A DNA stretch of 64,000 bases from IMG/VR virus record IMGVR_UViG_3300047551_001325, positions 1-64,000 of that record, one strand, 5' to 3'. A model generated the notes under the pieces. The model was not told the origin of the DNA and did no database searches. It saw only the letters and a list, made by a program, of their open reading frames with translations. The stretch's first letter is position 1; the number at the start of each line of letters is the position of its first letter. The DNA comes from a virus. The position numbers and the translations under genes are program-made. Positions 56,314-64,000 of this stretch are shown piece by piece.

Positions 56314-57861
56314 ATGTTTACAGGATCACTATACCCATATCAAGAGGAGTCTGTTGAGAAGATGCTCGACAGAGGTCAAGTACTACTTGGGTTGGTGATG
56401 GGTGCTGGTAAGACTGTTACAACCATCGCCGCAATAGAGTCTTTGTTTGACGCTAACGAAATAGACCGTTGCCTAGTCGTAACACCAGCATCACTTAAAT
56501 ACCAGTGGAAACGAGAGATTGAACGTTTTACTAACTCTCGTGTAACTGTAATTGACGGTACTGTAAAGGAACGAGAGCGGTGTTGGAAGTCAGCGTTATC
56601 GGCAAAATATGTAATTGTAAACCCCGAGTGTTTGATTCGCGACCTGGTGCTATTTAAAAAAGTTGATTGTCAAGCCATAGTGGTAGACGAGGCAACAATG
56701 CTTAAATCTAGAGTCAGCAAACGCTCAAAGTTGGTAAAGAAAATTGCAAAGCCTATGCTCTATCGGTATGCCTTAACCGGTCAACCAATCGAAAACAAGC
56801 CAGAGGAATTGTTCTCAATTATGGAGTTTGTTGACCCAAGTGTTCTTGGCGCGTTTACAGACTTTGATAGAACATTTATCGTACGAGATCATTGGGGCAA
56901 ACCACTTAGGTATCGAAACCTTGCGGAACTTCACAAGTCTTTGACGCATTGTATGATCAGAAAGACAAGAGAAGATATTGCAGATCAACTACCAGAGATT
57001 ATCCATCAAGTAATACCTGTGCCATTTGACGAAGCTGGTGCTTCTTTGTACAGGTCTATATCAAAAGATTTGCTTTACCATCTACAACAAGCAATGTCTA
57101 AACACGGTGGATCTTTTAATCTATGGAAGCATTACAACGACCCGGAATCAAACGAAGCTCAGGGTCAAATAATGTCTAGGTTAACTGTGCTAAGAATGTT
57201 ATGTGATAATCCACAATTAGTAGTTAGATCTTCAGAAATCTACGCTGATCCAAAAAGGCCCGACGAGGGTAGCGCTTATGCTCATGATATATATTCTAGG
57301 GGGCTTATGTCTAAAGTTACAGCTGCTCCCAAACTTGACGCTGTAGTGGAGTACATTCAGGAAGTCCTATCAGCTGACCCTAAAAACAAGGTTGTATTAT
57401 TTTCTTTCTTTAAAGAAAACTTAAGACTAATACAACAAGCAACCTCAAAGTTAACAAATAGTGTGTTGTTTATGGGAGGAATGAGCGCTGAAGAAAAGGA
57501 TAAAGCCAAGCAGCTTTTTGGTAACGATGCAAACACTCGTTTGTTTTTATCCTCGGATGCCGGTGGGTACGGAGTAGACTTGCCAATGGCAAACTACTTA
57601 ATATCATACGACCTACCATGGAGCAGCGGTAAGTTGGAACAGAGAGAAGCCAGAATCATTAGATTGTCTTCACAATTTCCTCACGTAACTATTGCAACTT
57701 TTGTTATGCAGGGTAGTATTGAAGAGAGACAGTATGAGATGCTTCAACAAAAACGTTCAATCAACGAAGCGTTTGTTGATGGTAAGCACCATGATCATAA
57801 AGGTGGCTTTGACATAACGTTAGGGAGTCTCTCAAACTTCTTAAAACAATCACACGTATAG
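56314..57861 (+). CDS. SNF2-family helicase
   Basis: MGAGKT, VVDEA, LTGQPIEN, YDLPW....EQREARI. Confidence 0.88.
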   Translation: MFTGSLYPYQEESVEKMLDRGQVLLGLVMGAGKTVTTIAAIESLFDANEIDRCLVVTPASLKYQWKREIERFTNSRVTVIDGTVKERERCWKSALSAKYVIVNPECLIRDLVLFKKVDCQAIVVDEATMLKSRVSKRSKLVKKIAKPMLYRYALTGQPIENKPEELFSIMEFVDPSVLGAFTDFDRTFIVRDHWGKPLRYRNLAELHKSLTHCMIRKTREDIADQLPEIIHQVIPVPFDEAGASLYRSISKDLLYHLQQAMSKHGGSFNLWKHYNDPESNEAQGQIMSRLTVLRMLCDNPQLVVRSSEIYADPKRPDEGSAYAHDIYSRGLMSKVTAAPKLDAVVEYIQEVLSADPKNKVVLFSFFKENLRLIQQATSKLTNSVLFMGGMSAEEKDKAKQLFGNDANTRLFLSSDAGGYGVDLPMANYLISYDLPWSSGKLEQREARIIRLSSQFPHVTIATFVMQGSIEERQYEMLQQKRSINEAFVDGKHHDHKGGFDITLGSLSNFLKQSHV

Positions 57862-57868
57862 GAGAACC

Positions 57869-58309
57869 ATGGAAAAGGTTGTTGAAATTGCACGTAAATA
57901 CCCAGAGCAAGAGTTAGCTCTGATCAGCAAAGAGTACAATGATCTAAAGAGTTTGATTGATAAGTACCAAACAAGACTTGATCAGCTTAAGAAAGAGTTG
58001 AACCAACAAGCAGACCTTTTTGGAGATGAAGACGACAAAGGCCACAAGTGGCTTAGAGCTGGCAATTTTCAAATAAAAAGAGAACGTAGAGTTTCTGTAA
58101 ACCTTGATGTTAATGGCGCAGAAGTTTGGGCAAAAGATAACAACATCTGGGATGACATATCAGAAGTAGTGCGTGTCCTTGATGAAGACAAACTACTAGG
58201 CAAAGTTTGGGAAAATCCTGAACTAAAGCCGGCACTAGACAACCTGTATGTAAAGAAAGAAACCTGGGCGTTTAAGCTTTCAGAAAGCAAGAGCTATGAC
58301 GACGAATGA
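57869..58309 (+). CDS. hypothetical protein (coiled-coil N-terminus)
   Basis: AGGAG RBS. Confidence 0.7.
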   Translation: MEKVVEIARKYPEQELALISKEYNDLKSLIDKYQTRLDQLKKELNQQADLFGDEDDKGHKWLRAGNFQIKRERRVSVNLDVNGAEVWAKDNNIWDDISEVVRVLDEDKLLGKVWENPELKPALDNLYVKKETWAFKLSESKSYDDE

Positions 58310-58469
58310 CATTTACAACTGGTTAAAAGATCACGCAGTAGTACACACTGGATCTGGTGATACCTACGATGTAGTAAGGTTTAAAGAAGCAATCTCTTTG
58401 ATTGAGTTCTTAATGGAAGAACGTGATTATTGGAAGAACGCATACATGGAGGCAACTAGTGCCCCGTGA
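58296..58469 (+). CDS. 57-aa hypothetical protein, not in ORF track
   Basis: MTTNDIYNWLKDHAV...; overlaps both neighbours. Confidence 0.55.
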   Translation: MTTNDIYNWLKDHAVVHTGSGDTYDVVRFKEAISLIEFLMEERDYWKNAYMEATSAP

Positions 58470-58893
58470 TCCTCTTGACCTATTTAACGACCTTCCTGAT
58501 TTCCCTGGAAAAACACCACCTAAAAACCGTTCTATAAAAAAGTCAGATAATAGGCTTGAGGATAGATTCAACGGAGCAAAAGGTAAGGTCTTTAGGATAG
58601 GTGGAGAAGAGCGTATGTTCTTCTCAGTAGGAGAACTTGCTAAATGCTTGAATCGTAAACCAGTAACTATTAGGATGTGGGAGCAACAAGGGTGGATACC
58701 AAAAGCCACCTACAGAACACCAACACCCAAAGGCGAACAAATTCCTGGAAAAACTTTAAAAGGTCGTAGACTTTACAGTTTGGAACAGGTAGAGTTCTTG
58801 ATGGATGCCCTAGAGCATTTCAAGATAGACGATCCCAACAAGGCCAATTGGGATGGTTTTAGAAAACACATAAAAAACAAGTGGCCCAACTAA
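58459..58893 (+). CDS. MerR-like HTH DNA-binding protein
   Basis: FSVGELAKCLNRKPVTIRMWEQQGWIP...RRLYS. Confidence 0.78.
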   Translation: MPRDPLDLFNDLPDFPGKTPPKNRSIKKSDNRLEDRFNGAKGKVFRIGGEERMFFSVGELAKCLNRKPVTIRMWEQQGWIPKATYRTPTPKGEQIPGKTLKGRRLYSLEQVEFLMDALEHFKIDDPNKANWDGFRKHIKNKWPN

Positions 58894-58912
58894 CAAAAGA
58901 AAAGAGAAAAAC

Positions 58913-59608
58913 ATGTCAAGATACGATGATGACGAAACAGAAATGATGGACGAGGAAGCTGCAGCGCCGCGTCGGCGTCTGACGGTAGTAGAGGATGAAG
59001 AAACGCCGGCCCCGGTTGCTGCTTCAAACTCAATCCGTAGAGGATGGGGTGCGGTTGAGCAGGCAAAATCTGCAGACTCTCCTTACGCACAACGTCTTCG
59101 TGTTAGCGAAGACCCAATCATCATCAAGTTTCTTGAAGATGAGCCCTATGCAACATACAGACAGCATTGGATTGAACGAACCGGACAGAAGTCATTTACC
59201 TGCATTGCAGACCTAGACCCAAAGGGTTGCCCACTGTGTGATGCTGGTAGTCGGCCTTCAACTAGATTTGCGTTCAATGTTGTTTTGTTGTCTCCCGACT
59301 CAGAACCAGTGTTGAAGTCCTACGAAGTAGGTCCTCGCGTCATTGACCAGCTCAAGAACTTCCACATCGACCCACGTCAGGGTCCTTTGTCAAAGCACTT
59401 CTGGGCAGTAAGTCGCTCCGGTAAGGGAGCTACCTCGGCAACCAACCACCAACTGGTCAAGGAGCGTGACTTGGAAGAATGGAATATTGATGTGCTTGAT
59501 GAAGCAGACTTCAAAGTTCTTCGCAAGTCGGTGTACACCTCAGATATCATTCAGATACCCGTCCGTAAGGACTTGATCCAAATCGCATTGGAAGACCTGT
59601 CTGACTGA
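58913..59608 (+). CDS. single-stranded DNA-binding protein (gp32-like, Zn)
   Basis: IIKFL...QHW...C...CPLC...FNV. Confidence 0.7.
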   Translation: MSRYDDDETEMMDEEAAAPRRRLTVVEDEETPAPVAASNSIRRGWGAVEQAKSADSPYAQRLRVSEDPIIIKFLEDEPYATYRQHWIERTGQKSFTCIADLDPKGCPLCDAGSRPSTRFAFNVVLLSPDSEPVLKSYEVGPRVIDQLKNFHIDPRQGPLSKHFWAVSRSGKGATSATNHQLVKERDLEEWNIDVLDEADFKVLRKSVYTSDIIQIPVRKDLIQIALEDLSD

Positions 59609-59609
59609 G

Positions 59610-61697
59610 ATGACAAACCTAACGAACGACGTGGGGGGTCTTATGGCCCCCCACGTGGTGTCTTCAATAGAAGAACTACACGAGATAGTCCAACACATAC
59701 AAAGTGTTGGAGCTTTTGCTTTTGACGTAGAAACACGTGGCAACGTTGAACGTCACAGTGATGTGCTTGCGTGGATTGAACAAGAGTGGAAGCAACACGA
59801 AAGCACTTTAAAAACAACTTCCGAAGAAGTCTTAGCTAGATCAAAAGAGGCCATCATCTTAAGATGGCAAAACACCTTGGCCCTTGATCCAATGCGAAAC
59901 GAAGTGTTTTGGATAGGCATAGCAACGGAAGGAAAATCATGGGCTATCCCAATGGGTCATCCAAATGGGGAAATCCTTGTACCCGAAGAGCGTGGAGATG
60001 GAACAACCGTACCTCCCCCTGGGTATCGCAAACTTTTAGCAAATGGCAAAGAATCTCTAGCAAAAGCTAGGTACTATATACCAGCACAGTACTCAGAAGC
60101 CCCAGAGCAACTATCACGCACCGATGTGTTTCAAGCTCTAGAACCCCTGTTCTTTAGTGATCTGGTTAAGGTGGGGCACAACATCAAGTTCGATGCTAGG
60201 TCAATACGTAAGTATTACAATGACTGTCTGCCGCACGGGCCGTTTGTAGACACGATGATCATTCAACACATTCTCAACGAGAACTTGCTTGAATACAGTC
60301 TTGACAAACTTATTGCCCATAACTTTGGTGGCTTTAATCCTTACTACATGGATGGAAAAATAGGAGCCATAATTACTCAGGTTCCATTCTCCAAAGCAGT
60401 TAGGTATGTGCATCTAGACGTTAAGTGGACTTGGCATTTGTACAAACTTCTTTGGCAGAAGATTCAAAACAAGGAAGAACTGTTGTCATGTCTACGTCAA
60501 GACATGGATGTAATCCGTGTTCTAATGGACATGGAGGACACAGGCATACCCGTAGACCATAGGTCTATGACAAAACTTGGCAAAGAACTAGACACACATC
60601 TAAACGAACTTCTTCTACAAATGATGGATTACGCACCACCTGGTTTTAATCCAGATAGTCCAAAGCACAAACAACAGTTACTGTTTAGTGGCAAACGTGA
60701 GGGCGGGTTAGGCCTAAAGCCAACTAAATATACTGAAAAAGGTTCAGCATCAGTTGATGAGGAAGCTTTGCGCAACTTAGAAAACAAACATCCTGTAGTA
60801 CCATTATTACTTGATTGGGCAGAAACAAAGAAAACAAAGTCTACTTATGTAGACGGTCTACTTACTAAACTGCACAAAGGTTCTCTTCATCCATCTTTTC
60901 ACCTACACAGAACTGCTACTGGAAGACTTTCATCTAGTAACCCAAACTTGCAAAACATTCCAAGAGACAGCAGCGTACGAGGACTGTTTGTAGCCCATCC
61001 TGGTTATGTTCTCCTTGTAGCTGACTATGACCAGATTGAATTGCGTGTTATGTGCATGTTCTCTGGAGACAAGAAGATGAGTGAGTTCTTCCTTAACAAC
61101 GAAGATATTCATGCTGGAGCAGCGGCTTTGATCTTAGGCAAAGATGTGTCTGAGATTACACCAGAAGAACGTCAGCTTGGTAAAGGTGTCAACTTCTTGA
61201 CAGCGTATGGTGGTGGTCCACAAAAACTTGCCAGAACTACCGGAGTAGACGTTGAGCATGCCCGTTCAGTAATTGACCAGTATTACAAACAGTTTTCTGG
61301 AATTACAAAATGGAAAAAGAGTGTAATAGAATCGGGTATCAAGAATGGTTACGTTGAAACTATCTCCGGTAGACGCCGGCGTTTACCCGATCTACGGTCA
61401 GACGACAACTCCCTAAAATCTAGGGCAGAGCGCCAAGCAGTCAACGCTGTAGTTCAAGGGTCTGCCGCTGATATTTGTAAAAAAGCTATGATCGATGTAA
61501 ACGCTCTTTTGCAAGACACAGGAGCCAAAATCCTGGTACAGGTGCATGACGAATTGGTGGCCATGGTTCCTGAGGACTTGGTAGACGAGCTACAGCCCAA
61601 GTTTATTATGTCCATGGGAGATGGTAATATTATTAATGGTATTCCATTAAAAGTTTCATGCCACTCAGCCTATAATTGGTCGGAGGCGAAAGGGTAA
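59610..61697 (+). CDS. polA: family A DNA polymerase (3'-5' exonuclease plus polymerase)
   Basis: FDVET, HNIKFD, TGRLSSSNPNLQNIP, DYDQIELR, KGVNF..AYG, QVHDE. Confidence 0.93.
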   Translation: MTNLTNDVGGLMAPHVVSSIEELHEIVQHIQSVGAFAFDVETRGNVERHSDVLAWIEQEWKQHESTLKTTSEEVLARSKEAIILRWQNTLALDPMRNEVFWIGIATEGKSWAIPMGHPNGEILVPEERGDGTTVPPPGYRKLLANGKESLAKARYYIPAQYSEAPEQLSRTDVFQALEPLFFSDLVKVGHNIKFDARSIRKYYNDCLPHGPFVDTMIIQHILNENLLEYSLDKLIAHNFGGFNPYYMDGKIGAIITQVPFSKAVRYVHLDVKWTWHLYKLLWQKIQNKEELLSCLRQDMDVIRVLMDMEDTGIPVDHRSMTKLGKELDTHLNELLLQMMDYAPPGFNPDSPKHKQQLLFSGKREGGLGLKPTKYTEKGSASVDEEALRNLENKHPVVPLLLDWAETKKTKSTYVDGLLTKLHKGSLHPSFHLHRTATGRLSSSNPNLQNIPRDSSVRGLFVAHPGYVLLVADYDQIELRVMCMFSGDKKMSEFFLNNEDIHAGAAALILGKDVSEITPEERQLGKGVNFLTAYGGGPQKLARTTGVDVEHARSVIDQYYKQFSGITKWKKSVIESGIKNGYVETISGRRRRLPDLRSDDNSLKSRAERQAVNAVVQGSAADICKKAMIDVNALLQDTGAKILVQVHDELVAMVPEDLVDELQPKFIMSMGDGNIINGIPLKVSCHSAYNWSEAKG

Positions 61698-62155
61698 TGA
61701 TGTCCTCAAGTCCAGTAGAAGAGCGCAATTTTTATCTAACCCTTTCTATATTAGAAGGGCAGAAACTTGCTCATGCGGCTGGGTTTTCTGTGCCATCTGC
61801 CGATGTCCAGGAACACGAGATTATGGACATTATGCAAAAGTGGTTTACATTGTCCCATGCTGGAATACTAGATAGTGTAAAAGAATGTGCTAACTGGATG
61901 ATTAATGTAATCAAAGATACAAATGATCTAGATGACGAAAGTTTGGCCGCAACCGAAAACATCATAACTGCATTTGGTATAGCTGCCATATCTCATTTGA
62001 TTGACCAAGAGATGTTGAGCATACTAGAACCAGAAAACTATGACCCATCATTAGTTGAAACTAATATTGTGTCCTTGCTAGGCTTTATGCTATCGTCATC
62101 ACTATCAGATGACGACGAGTTAGATCTAGAGGATGGTGAAGAAGATGAGCAGTGA
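61697..62155 (+). CDS. acidic hypothetical protein
   Basis: Coupled ORF. Confidence 0.65.
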   Translation: MMSSSPVEERNFYLTLSILEGQKLAHAAGFSVPSADVQEHEIMDIMQKWFTLSHAGILDSVKECANWMINVIKDTNDLDDESLAATENIITAFGIAAISHLIDQEMLSILEPENYDPSLVETNIVSLLGFMLSSSLSDDDELDLEDGEEDEQ

Positions 62156-62555
62156 TTGGTGGTCAAAACGTTTAAGTAGCAATCAACCTGCTGCCTCTAG
62201 ACCTACTACAACATCTATGCCACCAGTGACACCACCCATACGCATACCATCAGGGTTGGTTCACTCAAATCCACAACCTTATCAAGACACGACTATCCCC
62301 CAACAACACAATCCTAATGAACCCATAACTATGGGAGAAGCCCTCAGACAACCCCACCTATGGGAAGGTCGTGGAGAAGCTGCTAAAAAACAAGGCAACC
62401 TAACTTGCCCAGACTGTGGTAGTGGTAACGTTTTTGTGCGCACAGCAAAAGGTGGGAATACAACAATCAACGGAAACAGCCCAGCTCCACGATGCTTTGA
62501 ATGCGGTTGGAATGGGATGTACGACCAAGCCTCCCAATCTTCTTGGGGAGTATAA
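62145..62555 (+). CDS. Pro-rich protein with C-terminal Zn ribbon
   Basis: CPDCGS...RCFECG. Confidence 0.7.
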   Translation: MSSDWWSKRLSSNQPAASRPTTTSMPPVTPPIRIPSGLVHSNPQPYQDTTIPQQHNPNEPITMGEALRQPHLWEGRGEAAKKQGNLTCPDCGSGNVFVRTAKGGNTTINGNSPAPRCFECGWNGMYDQASQSSWGV

Positions 62556-62569
62556 CAACAAGGAAAACA

Positions 62570-63589
62570 ATGAAAAGTGAAACTAGCCGTGAGAGCCTTG
62601 AATCAATCATCTCTTCTATCAACAAGAAGTACGGTGAGAATGTAATAGTACAAGGTAACCAAGTAAAAGAAGAAGTACCACGCATTACTACTGGTGTGTT
62701 GGCGTTTGATTTAATGCTTGGTGGAGGGTGGCCCATGAACCAATGGTCTGAAATCATTGGTGATGAATCATCCGGTAAAACAGCTCTTGCATACAAGACT
62801 ATTGCAGCAAACCAAGCCGCTGACCCAGAGTGGGTAGCAATGTGGATTGCTGCTGAAGAGTTTGTTCCAGACTACGCTAAGGCGATTGGTGTTGACCTTG
62901 ATCGTCTGTGGGTAGTTGAGACCAATGTTATGGAACAGGTCTACGATCTAATTCTACGAGCTATGGAAAATAGGGCTGTTGATTGTATAGTTCTTGATTC
63001 ACTCCCAGCCTTAGTACCTGGTGATGAAGCTGAGAAGATGATGGATGAGTTCTCCATGGGTCTTGGGGCCAGACTTACTGGTAAGTTCTTCCGCAAGAGC
63101 AGCAAGGCTCAGAAGCGTTCATTGATTAATGACGACCGTGGGTGTACCGGGTTGATCATCAATCAGTGGCGTGAAAAGATTGGTGTTATGTATGGTGACC
63201 CCAGAACCACACCAGGTGGTAAAGCTAAAAACTTCCACTACTTCGTTAGACTAGAAGTAAAGAGAGATGAATGGTTGAAGTTTAAAGACGAACCAGTTGG
63301 TCAAACCATCAAAGCTCGTACAATGAAGAACAAGACATACAGACCACAACAGGTTGCTGTTGTTGACTTTTACTTTGCTGATTGCCAATCATTTAAACTT
63401 GGTGACTTTGACGTTATCAAAGACATAGTAAACATCTGTATTGCAACAGACATAATTACAAGAGCTGGTGCCTACTACAACTACAAAGACCAAAAGTGGC
63501 AAGGAAAAGATGCCCTATTGCTTGGTGTTCGTGAAGATCTAGAGTTACAATCAGAGCTCAAAGAGAAAGCAAAGGAGTATTTCCTATGA
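62570..63589 (+). CDS. recA: RecA-like recombinase
   Basis: GDESSGKT, VLDSL.AL, INQWREKIGVMYGDPRTTPGG. Confidence 0.92.
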   Translation: MKSETSRESLESIISSINKKYGENVIVQGNQVKEEVPRITTGVLAFDLMLGGGWPMNQWSEIIGDESSGKTALAYKTIAANQAADPEWVAMWIAAEEFVPDYAKAIGVDLDRLWVVETNVMEQVYDLILRAMENRAVDCIVLDSLPALVPGDEAEKMMDEFSMGLGARLTGKFFRKSSKAQKRSLINDDRGCTGLIINQWREKIGVMYGDPRTTPGGKAKNFHYFVRLEVKRDEWLKFKDEPVGQTIKARTMKNKTYRPQQVAVVDFYFADCQSFKLGDFDVIKDIVNICIATDIITRAGAYYNYKDQKWQGKDALLLGVREDLELQSELKEKAKEYFL

Positions 63590-63921
63590 TATTTGGTAGA
63601 GAAGAAAAGCAGAGCATAATGAAGGCTTCAAAAAAGCAGGAAAAGCGCTCAGCAAAAATCTATAAGGGTAGCCGTAATGCTGGTTCAGGTTCTGGTTGGT
63701 TGCGTAAGAATGATGTACGTACCCATGAACTACTAATTGAGAATAAACTTACAAACAACCTAAAGTCTTACTCAATCAAAGCCAGTGAGCTTGTGGACTT
63801 AACACAACGAGGTGTATTGGAAGATCGCTTGCCGGTAATGCAGTTTGACTTGGGTGGAAAGCACTATGTCATTCTCAACGAAGCTGACTTTCAAATGCTT
63901 ATAGGAGTAGACGGGAACTGA
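63586..63921 (+). CDS. PD-(D/E)xK Holliday junction resolvase-like protein
   Basis: QEKR.A....GSG...K.DV.....IENK. Confidence 0.7.
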   Translation: MIFGREEKQSIMKASKKQEKRSAKIYKGSRNAGSGSGWLRKNDVRTHELLIENKLTNNLKSYSIKASELVDLTQRGVLEDRLPVMQFDLGGKHYVILNEADFQMLIGVDGN

Positions 63922-63923
63922 CC

Positions 63924-64000
63924 GTGACAGACACTCCTTGGTACGCCAAGACTTACAAAGAATCAATTAAGTCCAAAGGCCGGATACTTCCAGTAATACA
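63924..64000 (+). CDS. 5' end of the next gene (truncated by the window)
   Basis: GTG start, frame open to the window end. Confidence 0.4.
   Translation, partial: MTDTPWYAKTYKESIKSKGRILPVI

Noticed and set aside
23401-63589. Inteins or self-splicing introns in terminase, helicases, PolA or RecA
   Set aside because: Lengths are ordinary and ORFs uninterrupted; no intein or homing-endonuclease motifs noticed

Overview
The window is part of a large tailed-phage genome with a contractile tail (myovirus), most likely infecting a monoderm Actinobacterium. That host call is inferred from the M15/PG-binding endolysin, the actinophage-type holin and a gene order resembling Bxz1-like phages. Layout: (1) 1-5.5 kb, leftward small early genes with two tRNAs, several non-coding stretches rich in hairpins, a 4x TGTGA-N6-TCACA array and one GC-rich gene. 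(2) 5.7-12.6 kb, accessory genes: paralogous hypothetical proteins, two glycosyltransferases, a methyltransferase, tRNA-Ile(UAU), a Thr-rich exported protein and small membrane or lipoproteins. (3) 12.7-21.8 kb, fibre genes plus holin and endolysin. (4) 23.4-49.2 kb, terminase, portal, scaffold, capsid, neck, sheath, tube, tape measure and baseplate. (5) 50.3-51.6 kb, a reverse-strand operon of Dps and small basic proteins. (6) 51.7-64 kb, replication and recombination genes: initiator with internal iterons, DnaC-like loader, DnaB, primase, SNF2 helicase, SSB, PolA, RecA and resolvase. The best candidate for something undescribed is a ~500-nt non-coding region (2706-3233, minus strand) directly upstream of tRNA-Arg, with nested long-range helices typical of a large ornate ncRNA. 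All calls were made by eye from motifs; no searches or folding programs were run.
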